Shown one piece after another: positions 1 through 13,100 of a stretch of DNA of 64,000 nucleotides. The position numbers and the translations under genes are program-made. How positions within the stretch are numbered: the first letter of the stretch is position 1; every line of letters begins with the position of its first letter. Below the pieces are notes generated by a model, which was given only the letters and a program-made list of their open reading frames with translations, searched no databases and was not told the origin of the DNA. Source of the DNA: Cyanophora paradoxa CCMP329 (lineage: Eukaryota > Plantae > Glaucophyta); the NCBI GenBank assembly GCA_004431415.1, contig QPMI01000657.1, forward strand, positions 1-64,000, in the 5' to 3' direction.

Positions 1-3000
1 CGCAGGCCTTGGGGTAGGCTGCGCGCTCAGCGGGGGCCGTATTGGGGTTCCGGTGCGGGCGTGACTATTTTGGGCCTGGATGGGCCTGCAATGGCTTCAT
101 CTTGGGGGGCGCGGTCTGTCTCGCTGGTTTTGGGGGGCGACACTGGAGCGGTACATTTTCCTTTGCGTTTGTGCTGCGCCAGGGCTTCGGGGAGGCAGCA
201 GCGTAACCGCACCGGCAGCTGAGGGGGGCATCCCGTGGCAGTTCTCCCGGGGCCAGCGCAGCCACCGGTATTGCCCGGGGCTGCTCGGGCTGGGAGGCGG
301 TGCTCGTGGGCGCCTCCGTATCCAAGGCCTGCGAGCCTAGAATCCGAGAAAGAATGAGGCCGCGCCAGGTGGCGCAGTTAGACACAGTGCCCGTGAAGGA
401 GGGTGTGTAGGCCGTGGGGTCATGTTCCAGAGCACGGACAAGTATTTCGGCGAAGGCACAGACGAAAATCCCGCAGTTGAAGCGATCGTTTTGGGCCGGG
501 ATGGGGAATCGGGTGGCTGAGGGGAGGGCCAGGTGAGAGCGTCGTCGGCGCCGGTCGAGGAGCCTAGGGCTGCGCATTCGCGCTCCATGTTGAGCCATTT
601 TAGGAGGGGCAGGAGTTGACGGCGGGCCTCTTCGGGGCCCGGGAGATTGTATCCATCGTATAGTTCAGCACGGCGAGCACGGAGATGGAGGGCTGCAAGG
701 ATCCAGTGGCCCGGGGTGTGGATAGGGAAGAGTAATAGGTCATAGTCAAAGACATTAATTCCGCGCCCAGCGGTGCGACGGCGCAGGCGGGCGCTGCCCG
801 CCGGCGTTATTGTCTGGGGAATAGCGGCGTAGAAAGTGTGCGGGAAAAGTAAGACGCGTCGGCGAGGGTTAATTTCTCCGCTCGCAAGAAGGTTTAGTCG
901 GGCAAGGTAGTAGTTGATGACGTCGGCGTTCACCCAGGACGAGCCGTTCAGCGTGGCTAGGTCATGGAGCGATACGGAGGCACTGCCAAACAGTGCAGCG
1001 GGGCCGCTGCGGGCTGCCGGGAGCTCTCGGACTGCGCTGTTGGGTAGAGCGCGGGTAGGGGAGCGGCGTACTTGGGCCCAGGCGGCACGTAATGCAGGTG
1101 GGGACGGCGGAGCCGGCCACCCTGCATTACTGGCATTAATATTGGTGATGCTGTTAGCAGCTGCCGGCCTAGCTACAGGTCTAGGTCTCGGGCTCGAGCT
1201 CGGGGCGGCGGTAGGGGGCACCGGCGTTGCGGGTATCGCTGTTGTAGGGGGGGCCGTGGCCGGCCACGGTGCTGGGGGAGCAGCGCGGGTTCGAGAGCGG
1301 CGCGACTGGCTGACTAATTGTAGGTCTGATGAGAGGGTGAGCTGGCCGTTGGGTATCCGTCGACGCGGGGCCGGGGCCACCACGGTCGAGGGGCTCGTGG
1401 GCTCATCCCTAATCCTGGCTGGCATCGACCTCGCCGGTGAGGGCTCAGCAGGGCGCGAGGGTCGAGGTGCATGAGTTTGGCGGCGAGTAATCCCGTGTCG
1501 GCGTTGCCAGGACTGGACTTCGCTATTGCGAGCCTTCCAGATTGCTTGGGTGTAGTCTATGATGGTGGCCATAATTGCGTTGGCGCATTTAAGCGCCGCC
1601 GGTCTACGTACATCTAAGTAAATCAGGGCAGGGATGAGGCTACGAGGAAGGAGGAGCCTGACGGTGTGGCGGGGAGAATCGCAGGCAAGGTCGGCGAAGA
1701 GTTTGCTGCCGAGGCTTTGCCACTGATCGGGCAGGCCATAGAGTGGCTGCGTGAGGTGCGAAGGAAGGGGGCCCGGCCGTTGGCGCTGACGCTCTGACCA
1801 TCCCCAGTTTGCATCGTCAGCCAGTGCAAAGGCCGGGAACAGTTGGCGCAGCAACAGTCCGTCCTGGCGCAGGGCCGGGGGCAGCTTGTAGGCTGGGTCG
1901 CCAGCTGCAGCCGCATCGACTGCAGTTTTTAGGCGTTGAGACGATATGGTTTCGTACAATAGGTTGAATATCTTAGTTTGGGCTTCGATACGGAGGGTGC
2001 GTGTTGCTGGGCAGAGACCAAAGGCGTGGTCGTGGGTTTCAGGCGTCCCGCTAACGATAGGGGGGGCCGCGGTGCCTGGCGTGCGTCTCGTGCGGCCGGG
2101 TCGCCGTTGGGGCCGTTCCGGATCCCACCGTCTTCCTCGGGGTCGGACGCAGGCGGCTGCCATGGCGGGGCTGGGGTGGGCCGGCCGTCTGGGCCTAGCA
2201 CGGACGCGCAGCCTGCGCGAACACAGAGTCCATTTGGATTTATTGCACTATAGAGATGGGGAGCGTCCCGGGCACGTTCACCCATGAGGGGTGCGAGTCC
2301 GGAGCTGAATTTCGTGATTTGAGCAAGCCTCGCATTCAGGGGGTGCGATGCATCGCGGGAGAGCCTTTCTTGCGGTATTCGCGGGCGAGGCGCGCACGGT
2401 CGACCGGACTGCCCAAATGGCATTTTTCGGTTGCAAGGAGACGGGAGAAAGTTCCGAAATTCGCACGTATTTTTTTACGTGTGCTCGCGGGTCAGACTCA
2501 ACTCTGTAAACTCTACGAAATGTCGTAGTTCTCGTTCCAGCAGCGCGGGGGCGAAAAGAGTAGGACCATGTCAAATCCGCCAGGGGAAAGACCGGCTCCC
2601 GGCGGGCGTGCCACGCGCGTTTTGATGCAACTGTTGCGGCCGGGGACGGGTCTTCGGGGTCAGATTGCCAGGCTGCTTCCTCAGGTCAGCCCAGGAAGAA
2701 AGTTCCCGGCCGTCGAGTGCCTGCCGGGAGAGGTCTGCGCTGGGTGCAGAGCCAGTGCCGCAGCGGCGAGGCGGTCGGCTCGTGCGTTGTCCCGATCAAA
2801 TGCACGGTTTGGAACCCGTTCTTCTTCCACCAGCAGGGGCAGGCTTGGTAGTCCTGGTGTATGCTGACCTAGCGCAGCCCGGGCTTCGCGCCGCCTCTGT
2901 CGTTCTGCTCGCCTGGAGGCACGAGACGCTTGCTGCATTTGGTGACGGCTCGGCGGGCGTTCCGACGGTGGATGTGGGCAGTGCCCGCGCGAAGTGCTCG

Positions 3001-6000
3001 GAGATATAGTTGTAGGCGCCGGTTAGCGGTTCGCGCGCCCTTCGTATACTCCCGTGCGGGGCCATATTGAGCTATCAGTTCCGCCTCCGTAGGTTCGGGA
3101 GCGACCGGTCTCGGTCAGAGAGGTAGGATTCGTATGAGTCTGCGTCTGATTCCGAGTCGTGGTCGCCACTTCAGCGGGGGCGGCAGCCGGGCGCGGCGGC
3201 GCCGAGTTATATATTCTTCTGGTGGGCTTTGACTTTGACAAGACGTTCTTCGTATAGCATTCTGTCGGGTGCCACGGCCCTTGCTAGTGCAAGCCGGATG
3301 CACTGCACCTCAGCATACGCTTTAAGGTGATGGGAGTACGAGGCTCGAATGCAGCTGCGAAGGGTGGCGATGGCGCGATGCGAGACGTACTTGGAATAGT
3401 CCGCCATTGCAGTGAAAGCTGTCAGTTTTCACTGTGCAGCCTTCGGGAGAGAGCAGCAGGGCGGACAGGACGGCGAGAGCTCGCCTTTGTTATTGTTCAC
3501 TGTGCCAGGACACGGGGCCACGAAAAAGTCGCTGCCGTCGGTCGGATGGCGTCTGCAAGGCCGCGAAGTTCGCACCTGGTCAGTATCGACGCCGGTTGTG
3601 CCCAGCCGGTCAGCTAGTGCGTGAATTTGTTGACGGAGGCTATCCTCGCTGCGTGCGGGCAGCTTCGTCAGCTAGTGAGGCCGGGTTGCTCTCACGGGCC
3701 AGACGCCAGCGTAGGCCGTGAGTGCAGCTTCTGAGGCGGCGTCCATGGTACTGGCATCCGTGGCTGCGAGTCGGCGCTCGCGGTCGAGCGGGAGGGAGGT
3801 GCGGCCGAGCTCCGCGGCAATCAGGTCCAAAATGGGTCAGCATACTCTGACGATGGGATGCAGAAGTCGCTCAACTGTCGGCGTTGGGGGTAGGCCCGAG
3901 GCGCTGTCGGCGGGGGGACGGTCCCAGGGTCGCGAGCGGCGACTCCATCTGGCCGCTGGGGCGCCTCGTGATCATCTGGATCATAATTCCAGTCCTGTTC
4001 CCACGGGGGGAGGAAATGAGTGTCGCGGAACTCGGGCCACCACGTTATTTTATCTTCAAGGAAAATGCGAGCATGCTCGGCGACACGGCCTGACCGCGAC
4101 TCGGGGACCAGGCTCTGAAGTCGGGCGGGGTAGATGTAGGCTGTGTCTTCGGTCCAGCGGCACCGTTGGGAGGCCGGGTCTGAGTGGTCACATGCGCGCG
4201 GAGAGCCTCTGCTTCCGGCGTTTTCGCTGTGAAGCGGCTGTCGCATTCTTTGGGATCCATTATGCAGCGGAAGAAGGAGACGGTTCGCCGGTGGTGTCAT
4301 ATATGTGGTCCTCTCGGTCGTCCTGGCCTTTGTCTCGGCGGACCCAGTGTTCGAGCTCAACTAGGACGCGTTCTCTGCCGTCGTCAGCGTCAGTTGTCCG
4401 CCGATATTGCAGATGCGTCCTAGATACGCTTCCGTTGTCCAAACGAAGCCGCCGACTTTGTACTGGGCGAGAGCAGGCCGGCTTCAAGAAGGGTACGTTG
4501 GGCTGCAGCCGGATTTTGCGCAGGCTGCAGGTGCATGGGGAAGCGGAGACGACGGGGGATGGCGCGCGGGCCGACGGGCTGACATATTGCTCGGTGAACG
4601 ACGGGAACCAGGAGGAGGTCTATTGAGTCGCTGTTTAATTTTCCCGCTGCCCCATAAGCTAATCCAGTCGAGCACACTGACGCCGTCGGGCCCCGTGACG
4701 TCAGCAGCTGTGAGGATATCGTGGCGCCAAAGGAATGGTGCAGCCTCACGCAGGAGGCGCGGGGGGAGCAGTGTTGTGAGCACAAAGCGGCGTTCGAGCT
4801 GCGGGTGAGGCAGGGCCGGAACGAGATAGTCCTTGCCTGAGTCGAGTTTGTAGCCGGCGCGGGTCAGATTTCGCGCTACAGCTAGTGCAAAATTGTCTCT
4901 GTAGGCTGCGGGGCCCAGCTGTAAATTGGGGTAGCAGTATGGCGGAAGGGGAAGCCCCAGTTGCTCCTGCGCTGCGAAAATGCGGTGCATGATATACGGG
5001 AGAAGCAGGGGGTGGTTCGTGCGGATGGTTTCATCGAGCACGTGAATGGCCAGCTGTTCGTCCTCCGTTCTCTTGAGGCCGTAGAAGCCTCGGCTCCACA
5101 TGAGCGCGTTGGGCGTGGACCCCCTAAGGCGGGCATGATGTTTAGTGAGCGTCATCCAGAGAGTGTCGAGCTGGGCACATTGTCTCTCGGTAAAGGAAAC
5201 AATCTTGCAGGCGTAAGTGATGCGAGGGAGAAGGACGCTATTTACTATGTATATCGTCTCTTTGGCGGTGAGTTCTTACGCCTTAGTATCGCGCAGGCTG
5301 CCCGAGCTGTTGAGTATACAGCCTCAAATTGCCGCCGCCAGTCCAGATTTGCTGTCATCCAGACCCGAGCACCTTGAATGGTTTGTTCGGCGCAAGGACT
5401 TTGTCGGCCGGTTCTTTAGCATCGGGCGGGCCTAGTAGCGGGCAGACGGGCGTGGGAGACGTTGTTGTACGTAAATTCGTTTTCTTCGCGTTGAGGGCAA
5501 TATCATGTATCCAGAAGAATTCAGAGGCCAGGTCTGCGTGCAGCTGGATGCCCCGGGCTGTACCGCTAATAAGTACGGTGTCGTCTGCGTATGCTTGCCC
5601 CGGCGAGGTCACCCGAGGCAGGCGCGCTTCGCAGGCGTCGGGTGGGCGCGGGCAGGTTAGCGTCAGACGCAGAGGCGGCGGGCCCATGGAGTATTGGGTG
5701 CTCTCCGCAGCGCTGACTTCGCGTAAAGCCGATAGAAATACGTCATAGAAGATGAGCCAGTGAATTGGGGACTCGGTTCCTCCTTGCGGGAGCCCGCACT
5801 CCACATCGAAGGGTCAGTTGGGCCGTACCCTGTCGCGACGGACGCTGTACGTGATGTTGATATTTGTCCGTAGAGGCTTATGTACCGTTCGGGAATTTTT
5901 AGGCGGCGGAGTGCCATTTCCATGCTAGACCAGCTGACGCTGTCGTAGGCTCTGCGAATATCTAGCAGTAGCAGATAGATCGGTTTCGAGAATTGTTTTG

Positions 6001-8544
6001 CGTCCTCCAGTAGCGCGCGCAGCATGTACAGAGGCTCGTCGGTGGACTTGCCTCGAGTAAAGGCGAAGTTCGCGCCCTGTAATATGTCGTGTTGCGGAGA
6101 ACGCGCGAGAGGCGGTCAGTGAGGACTGCCGTCACGAGTTTCAGCGTGCATTCTTGGAGTGTAATGGGGCGGACATTGTCAGGGTGCCATCCCATTCCCC
6201 GCCCTTGGGATAAGACATATATTTCCGTGAAGAAGGGCGCAGGGACAGACGAGAGTTTTAGGATCAGATTTACCGTAGTGAGGATTACCTGGCGGCACGT
6301 CGGGAACAGGTTATCGGGTTCTTGGAGCGGCTCCGGTCCAGGCCCGCCTTGCGTAGTTCTTCGCAAGTTTTCTTTGAAAGGACCGGTGCCGTCCACAGCA
6401 TTTTTATCATTTCGTGGGAAAATCCCGAGGGCCCCGCCGCACCGTTTCGGAGAGAGCCGATGATTCGGTCCAGTTCGGCCTCGCTGGTGGGTTCCATTAG
6501 GTACACATAAATTGCATCATCAATATCCTGGCGCGGGGAGTGAAGTCGGCGCCATATTGAGGCCTCCTGTGCACATGTACTAAGTGGCAGCGCGCCCGGG
6601 TCCCTGTTCGCTGTGAGTGGGCTACGCTGCCGTGTCCAGGCATGCATGTGATGGCGTGCGAACTGTTTCACTGCATCTTCATTGCCGTATACCTGATATT
6701 CTCCAGCGTGGCAGAGGGAGAAGGAGGTAATCGGCCTGCGTTCTGGGGCTTCAAGTGTTTGGCGGAGGTATTGGGCGAGGTCTGTCTTGAACATGCGCTG
6801 CGAGCGCTCTCGGTTTGCTCTGATTGTCGTGGCTTCGAACGTTTAATGTGGGCCTGGACTTTGGTGTCCAAGGCCGAGGCCCAAGTGGTGAAGCTTGGAA
6901 AATAGTCGAGCCAGCTTGGTTGTCGGGCAGAGAATGGCGGCGGCACAGGGGGTAGTGGGAGTTTAAGATAGCCTGACCGCTTGTCTATTGGGAGTTTGTC
7001 AAGCCGGCGGTTGTGATTTGAGATTGCCCTGCGCAGGTCAGAGAGGGAGTGCCGTACGCGGCGCGGCGTGGAGTCGATCCCGTGGCGCGCCGCTTCCCAT
7101 GCCTTGCGCAGTTCCTGGGCCCTCGTGAGCAGGTTGGATTCGGGCGGCCGCGGCGGGAGAATTTTTGAGGGATTTTTGGGGGCGTAAAGATGCAAATACT
7201 GGCGATTGGCCGAGGTCACAGATGTGGGCGAGAGTGGATTTGAGGGCTTCGTGCAGGCGGGCTAGGCGGTCCTCTGGCGGGGTGCCGTCGTCGTCCTCCA
7301 GCGTTGCGAGTAGCTCTCGTACGCTAGCTGAGGACCCCGGCACCGGCTGCTGTAGCTTTTCTTCCAGTAGTTCTTTGAAGCGAATTTTTGTGAGCGATGC
7401 CTGTGTCGCGTACTTGAAACGCGGGGGGCCGGGCGAAGACGCTGGGGGCCCCAGTTTATATTTGATGGCCAGGGCCCGTTTACTGTACTCTGCAAGGAGT
7501 GGGAAATGGTCCGAGGGGAAAGGGGCGTTTCTAGGCGACGCTTGGGCCGCTCGAAGGGCGTTAGTCGCGACTTGGGATTGTAAGATGTAGTCGAGCCTGG
7601 TAGCATGGCGGAGCGTGCCATCTGGGGCGATGCCTCGAGGGTTGGGGTTGTCAGGAGCGTCAGGAAATATGAAGGTGATTTGGTCGTCGGTGCCCATGGC
7701 TGTGGCAGCGTCGGAGAGGGTCCAGTCGTGAAGCAGTTCATGCCACCAGCGGTGATCAGGTTCTCGTGTGGTCGCATATTGCCCCTGTCTGATTTTGCCC
7801 GTCTCGGGACAGAGGCAGCTGTTAAGAATCGCCAAGGAGGAAAAAGTGCGCGCGGGGGCGGAGCGCCCAGTCAGCGTACATGGTCGCGCGGAGATAGTCG
7901 AAGATTTTCGCACTTTCAGTAGACCGCGCCGTCCGACTTTCGCCGGGGGGAGGTACACGCTGGCGATAAAGATCTGAACATTATTTGCAAATCGAAGCTC
8001 ACAGCCGGCCACGCGGCCTGGCATTGTGTAGGTCTTAAAACAGTGCTTGGCCATATTTTCTGAGAGAAAAAGGGTTACGCCGGAGCCGCGGGGGAGGCTC
8101 GATTTTGGCGGAGTTTCTTCTGCGAGAGGGGCGGGGTGGGCGGGGCTCGAGCTGGGAGCTCCTGAGCACTAGTTGTGCGCGTGGCCGAGTCGGCGTGCAC
8201 GGACGTGAGCATGAGCCCCGATGTCACTGACCTGCGCATCGCTCTGACCGTAGCCTGGGTGCAGTTAAGTGATTGGACCCCTAATACGCTCAGCCCCCAG
8301 TCAAGCATATATTTCTGGATCTGGCCGACATGGTTGACGCTAGAGCAGGTGCGGGCGTTCCAGGTCGCGAGTCTCCAGTACTGGTCAGAGTCAAAGCGGC
8401 GGCGTATGATACCCGATTTTCGGTGAGTGCCCGCAGGTTTGGCTCCGAGGCGCTCGTGTGTAAACAGCTCGAGGGGAAATAGCGTGCGGAGCAGCGGCGC
8501 GGGACGGCCGCACCAGCGGGGCCAGGCGTGTTATATGCGGTCAT
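1..8544 (-). CDS. LINE copy A ORF2 polyprotein (frameshifted in this assembly)
   Basis: APE: LATWNAR, IASVYLP, TRLDYIL, SDHFP (~8400-7450). RT: RPITLQE, LLDIRRAYDSV, LPQGG..SP, AYADDT (~6500-5355). RNase H: ATDAS, NNNKGE, TDS, VKVKAH, NARADRLA (~3770-2760). CCHC: CVRAGC..ETHDHAFGLC. C48: GHW, YDG, QNDRFNCGIF (~980-420). Start codon uncertain. Confidence 0.88.
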
Positions 8545-9569
8545 GGGACTCTGGGCGGGTGGAACATTTTCTTGTGCCCCTGGTGCAGGCCAGACTCCAG
8601 GCCTGGGTTCTTCGCGGCGGTGCGCGGGGGGCGGGCCGGATAGCGCTGTCGTTGGATGCCATGATGCCGGGCTCGCGCGTGATGCATGGGCCAGCATGGC
8701 CGGGTCAGCTTGGCCCGCCGCGGCGAGGGCCGAGCCCGCTGCCGCTGCCTGGCGGCGCCACCCCGCATTCGCATGTGAGCCTCTAGCGCTGTGGTCATGG
8801 CAGCTATCGGGCCCGATTGACTGGTTGCTCCCGATTGGCGGGTGCACAATGAATGGCGACGACGACGTAGTGCCGGCGCTAGCGGCCGTCCGGGAGGCAG
8901 AAAAAATTCTTTTTCTGTTCATGCATATGTCTTGGGGCCGGGGACTCGGACGGTTCGCCGGAGCCAGTGATCGAGCTCGCGGTAGGCGTCGCGGAGATTC
9001 GAATTCGGGTCGGGATCCAGCTGCAGCGCCGGCCGCGGCGTGCACCGCCGTGCAGTCTACAGTGCAGACCGTACACGTGCGGGCCACTGACAGTGAGGCT
9101 ACGTATGCTATGCTGGCGGTAGCGCCGGCGGCGCACATACACAGTGTCATACTGGTACTAGTAATTGTAGTGGCGGTGGCGCTAGCTGTTGTGATTGCCT
9201 TGGCGTACCCATCTTTGGCAGCCCTAGCTCTAGATCGGGATCTGGGGCCTGCTAGGTCGTGATCGGGGGGGCTGTTACTACTCAAGTTAAAGGTGGCGCC
9301 GGCGCCGGTGCGCGTGCCGGCGCCAGCTGTTTCGGTATCATATGCATTAGTGCTAGTGCAAGGCATTATAACTACTCGGAGCCGCGTATACGTATACGTA
9401 CGTGCCGACGGCGCCGTCAGGTCGAGGCCGGCATCGGCACCGGTACCGGCGTCGGCGTCGGTCCTCTGGCATCTTTGATCATGACAGGCTAGCCGGCGCC
9501 GGCGCCGTAGTACTAGTAGCTTCTGAGGTACAGGTCTGTAGCGGGGCCGGCTTCGGCACCGGCCTCGGG

Positions 9570-9878
9570 CTCCTGGCTTCGCTTAGGGACTAGCTGTCGT
9601 GTTACGTATACAGCAGGATCCGCGGCCTGCTGGGGCCGAGTCCGGGAGGCAGCGGTCGGTGTCGTAAGAACAGGCTGGCGCTTCAGGCCGGTGGTGCAGT
9701 CATGATTAGACTGTTCTCCTAGCGTGGCTGTCGAGCGTGCGCGAGCCCGGGCTAGCCGGATCCGCACAGTTGATGGGTACGTTTTCCACCCACGTACCCC
9801 TCTGGGCCTCGCGTGCAAGTCGTGATCGGGTCTAGATCTACAGGGCCAGGTGCGCGTCCGGCGCGTATGAGTACGGGT
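9570..9878 (-). repeat. ~300-bp structured segment upstream of ORF2; also at 18964-19266 and 55505-55813
   Basis: Direct match with few differences. Hairpins GGGTACGT/ACGTACCC, CAGCAGG/CCTGCTG and CAGTC/GACTG. Confidence 0.9.
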
Positions 9879-9977
9879 GTTCTCCTTTGGGTCCCCCACT
9901 GGTACCACCGCTCTGCACCTGTTTAGCTCTAGCTCGAGATCTGGATGTTGTGACTTCGGCGTCGAGGTGTCCGTACA

Positions 9978-10043
9978 TGACGGGACTAGAGCTAGCGCTA
10001 TTACTGGTTCTGACGGGACTAGAGCTAGCGCTATTACTGGTTC
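9978..10043. repeat. 33-bp tandem duplication in the LINE inter-ORF spacer
   Basis: TGACGGGACTAGAGCTAGCGCTATTACTGGTTC x2; also present in copy B at ~55913-55978. Confidence 0.9.
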
Positions 10044-10125
10044 AGGATCTAGGCCGGAGGGGCTTGGCTGCCTTACTCTTAGCTTGCTGTGGCTCGCGGC
10101 GGTTGGCGCTGGAGTTGCAGCTAGC

Positions 10126-13100
10126 TCAGTACTGCCAGGGCAGCCGCTGCTGTCCAGGGCCGCCGCCACCCCGGCCGGCGCCAGCCCCAAAGCCGCGGCC
10201 ACCACGTGCTCCTCGTCCACCCCTGCCGCCGGCGCCACGGCCTGGGAGTCCGCGCCCACCGCGGGGGGGGCCCATCCCGCCCCGGGCTCTCCCAGCAAAG
10301 CCGCCCCGGGGGAGGTCGCCCCAGATGATGTCCACCCCACGGCCACCGCGGCCATTGGCTGCGCCCGCCCCGCCGCGGGCATCCAGATGCCGGCTCCGCC
10401 GCGGGCTCCATGGGCTCCGCCAGCCCCGCCGCGGCCTCCAGCGCCGCCTGCACCGCCCCAGTCGCCTCCGGCCCTCCAAGTCCGCCACGGCCGCCCGCAG
10501 CCCCGCCGGGCCCCCGCCACGCGCTCCGCGGTAGGCAGCGTCCACATACAGTCCACCGCGCCCTCCGCCCGACCCCCAGGTGCTTGCCCTCCTGCAGCTG
10601 CCGGCTCGTCCCGGTTCCGCCGGTCGAGGGGCTGGCAGTTGTGTCCCCCCCCGAGCTCGCCACGGTAGTTGAGCAGGGGCTGGTTGATGTTGTTGACGCT
10701 GGTGAGGAAGTGTGCCGCGCACATGAGGGCTTCGGACTGGGGGAGGGGGATGACCACGTGCTGCCGGTAAGGATAATTATGTGAGATGGGGGGGGGGCCT
10801 CGGGCGGAGGGGAGGTGGGGGGTACCACATCGTGGGTGACCTCGAGAATGATGACCTGTCCCCCCCGCGCGTCGTGGAGGTCGAGGGCTCGGAGAGGGTT
10901 GGGTGCGCCGTGAAGCCCATGCGCTCGCGCCTCGCCGCCCACTGTTCGTCATCTAGATCCAGCACACGGAGCTGGCGGCCACCACCGGTGGAGTAACGCT
11001 CGCGTCAACCATCGAGGCTTGGACACCCACCTCGATCTGCGGGAGGGAGGGGTAAGCGCAAGTAGGGGGGGCTTTGCATGGGTAGGGCGGACAGAGGTGG
11101 GTACGGTCGGGTTGTCATGTACAGGACGCCGGCGGCCCGCAGGTCCATGATGAACTGCCGGTCCGGCACAAGCTGTGTGATGTCCAGCTGGCATTCGTTG
11201 CCGGGGAAGGGGACATGCTCCTGGTTGGCGTCGGCGTGCCCACAGCCGGCGTGGGCCCCGGCAAAGATGAGGACTCCGTTGAGGACATGCTTGCGGTCGT
11301 TGTTCCAGCAGAAGTCCGGGTCCGGGTCTTGGAAGCGGGGAGGTGATGAGGGCTGAGTTGTTGTCTGCGGCCAGGAGGTAGCCAACGTTTGCCTGCCAAG
11401 GGAGGGAGGGGAGAGTCAGAAGGGGGGTAAGGTGGTAAGAGCAGGTGGCAGGTCGGACCAGGAAGTTCTGCGCGGCCTGTGCGTGCGACGCCGGGATCAG
11501 GTAGCGGCTGTCGGCCGTTCGGGCACTTGACTGCCAGCTCGTTGTAGGCCACGACGACATCGTTGGCCTCGTACGCGTCGGGGTTGATGCCAGACGTGAG
11601 GGCGCGGAGCACTGTGTTCTTCATGAAGCTCGAGAGTGTCCCCCTCTCCATCTTGCGGCACCCTAGCTCGGCTTCGATCGCAAAGAACTCGGTGCTGGAC
11701 GCGGGGGCGTCAACGTGGATGCCGACTGAGAGCGGCCCTGTTGCGCCAAGCACGGCGAGCGTCGCGAGTTGCGGCGTGACCGGTGTAAGGAGCTGGGCTG
11801 CGCGCCGAGCCTCCGTGATGTTGGCATACTTGATTGCGATGCACGGGCTGGACTCCTCGATCCGGTCGCCGCAGACCACGTGGCCGCAGCGGAGGTCACA
11901 GCGTCGTCGGCGGTGCTGGATTCTGGCAGCGGCGGGAGGGGGTTGCGGAGTGCTGAGGGGTCGGCACCCTCGCCGATGCGGTGGTCCGGATGCGGGCCCG
12001 GTCGGCTTGGTGTGCGGCGGCGATGCGGCCCCGGATCTCATTGACCACCGCTCGGATCTGGAGGCCTTCCCGTCGGCATGTGGACCGTGCAGAGGCCAGG
12101 ATCTCGTCGCGGGTGTCTTGCGGGGCGTCTGGGGGGACGAGTCGCGAGGCCAGGCCGTCGCCGAAGAGGACCAGATAGACCTTTGCAGTGTTAGGTCCGG
12201 TCCCGTTGGCTGCTGCTGCCGGCCTGCCGCCGCCACCGCCTCCGCCGTACACGTTGCCGTCGCCTCCGGCCGGGCTTGCCCATCGTTGTCGCCGCCGTCC
12301 TCCCGTCCCAGTTGAGACGGCGTCCAGCACCGCCGGCCCAGTTTCCGCCGTCCCGTCCGCCTGGCCCGCCAGGCCCGTCGTTCCCGTCGCGTTGACCACC
12401 GTTGCGCGCAATGCGCTCGTCGTGCCGATCGCCGGCGCCGCGGGCCTGGCCGCCGTGTCCATCCCGTCCGCCGTGCCCGTTGCGGCCGCCGTGCTGGCCG
12501 GCGCGTTCACGTGCACCACCTACATGTACCCCCCCTGCGTCAGCGCTCTGGGCGCAGCCGTGCATGGGGCGGTGTGGGGCCTACCCTGGCCACCCCAGCA
12601 TCGTCATCGGCGCCCTGTGCTCCGCCATGCTGGCCATCTCCATGCTGTACCCCCCACCTCCAGCGCCACGGTCAGCATGCGCCTCTTCGATATCTCGGCC
12701 GTCTGCAGGGGCACCCACATGGTCGGCCCTCAGGCATTGGGCCCCAGCTTGCCAGGGCTCAGTGCGGTACTCACCGCGTTCTCGTGCATCCCCCATGTCG
12801 GCGTCACCCTCGGCGTCCCCTGCGTGGTGATCTTCGCCCTCGCCATCTGCGTGGGTGCCCGCCGCATTGGTGATCTGGGTGTCCCCCCCGCAGTATTCGG
12901 GGCAGTGCTCACGCTGGCCCATGCCGCCGTGTTCATCGTTGCGGTGTACCCCCCCCTCTCCAGCTCCACGGTCAGCGTCATCGTCTCGGTCGTCATCTCC
13001 TACGATAGTGCCCTCATGGTCAGTCCTTCTGATTGGAGGACGGTCGCTAGCACGGGGGCAGGGGCGGTGCGGACTCTCGTTCTCGTCGTCGGCGTCATTA

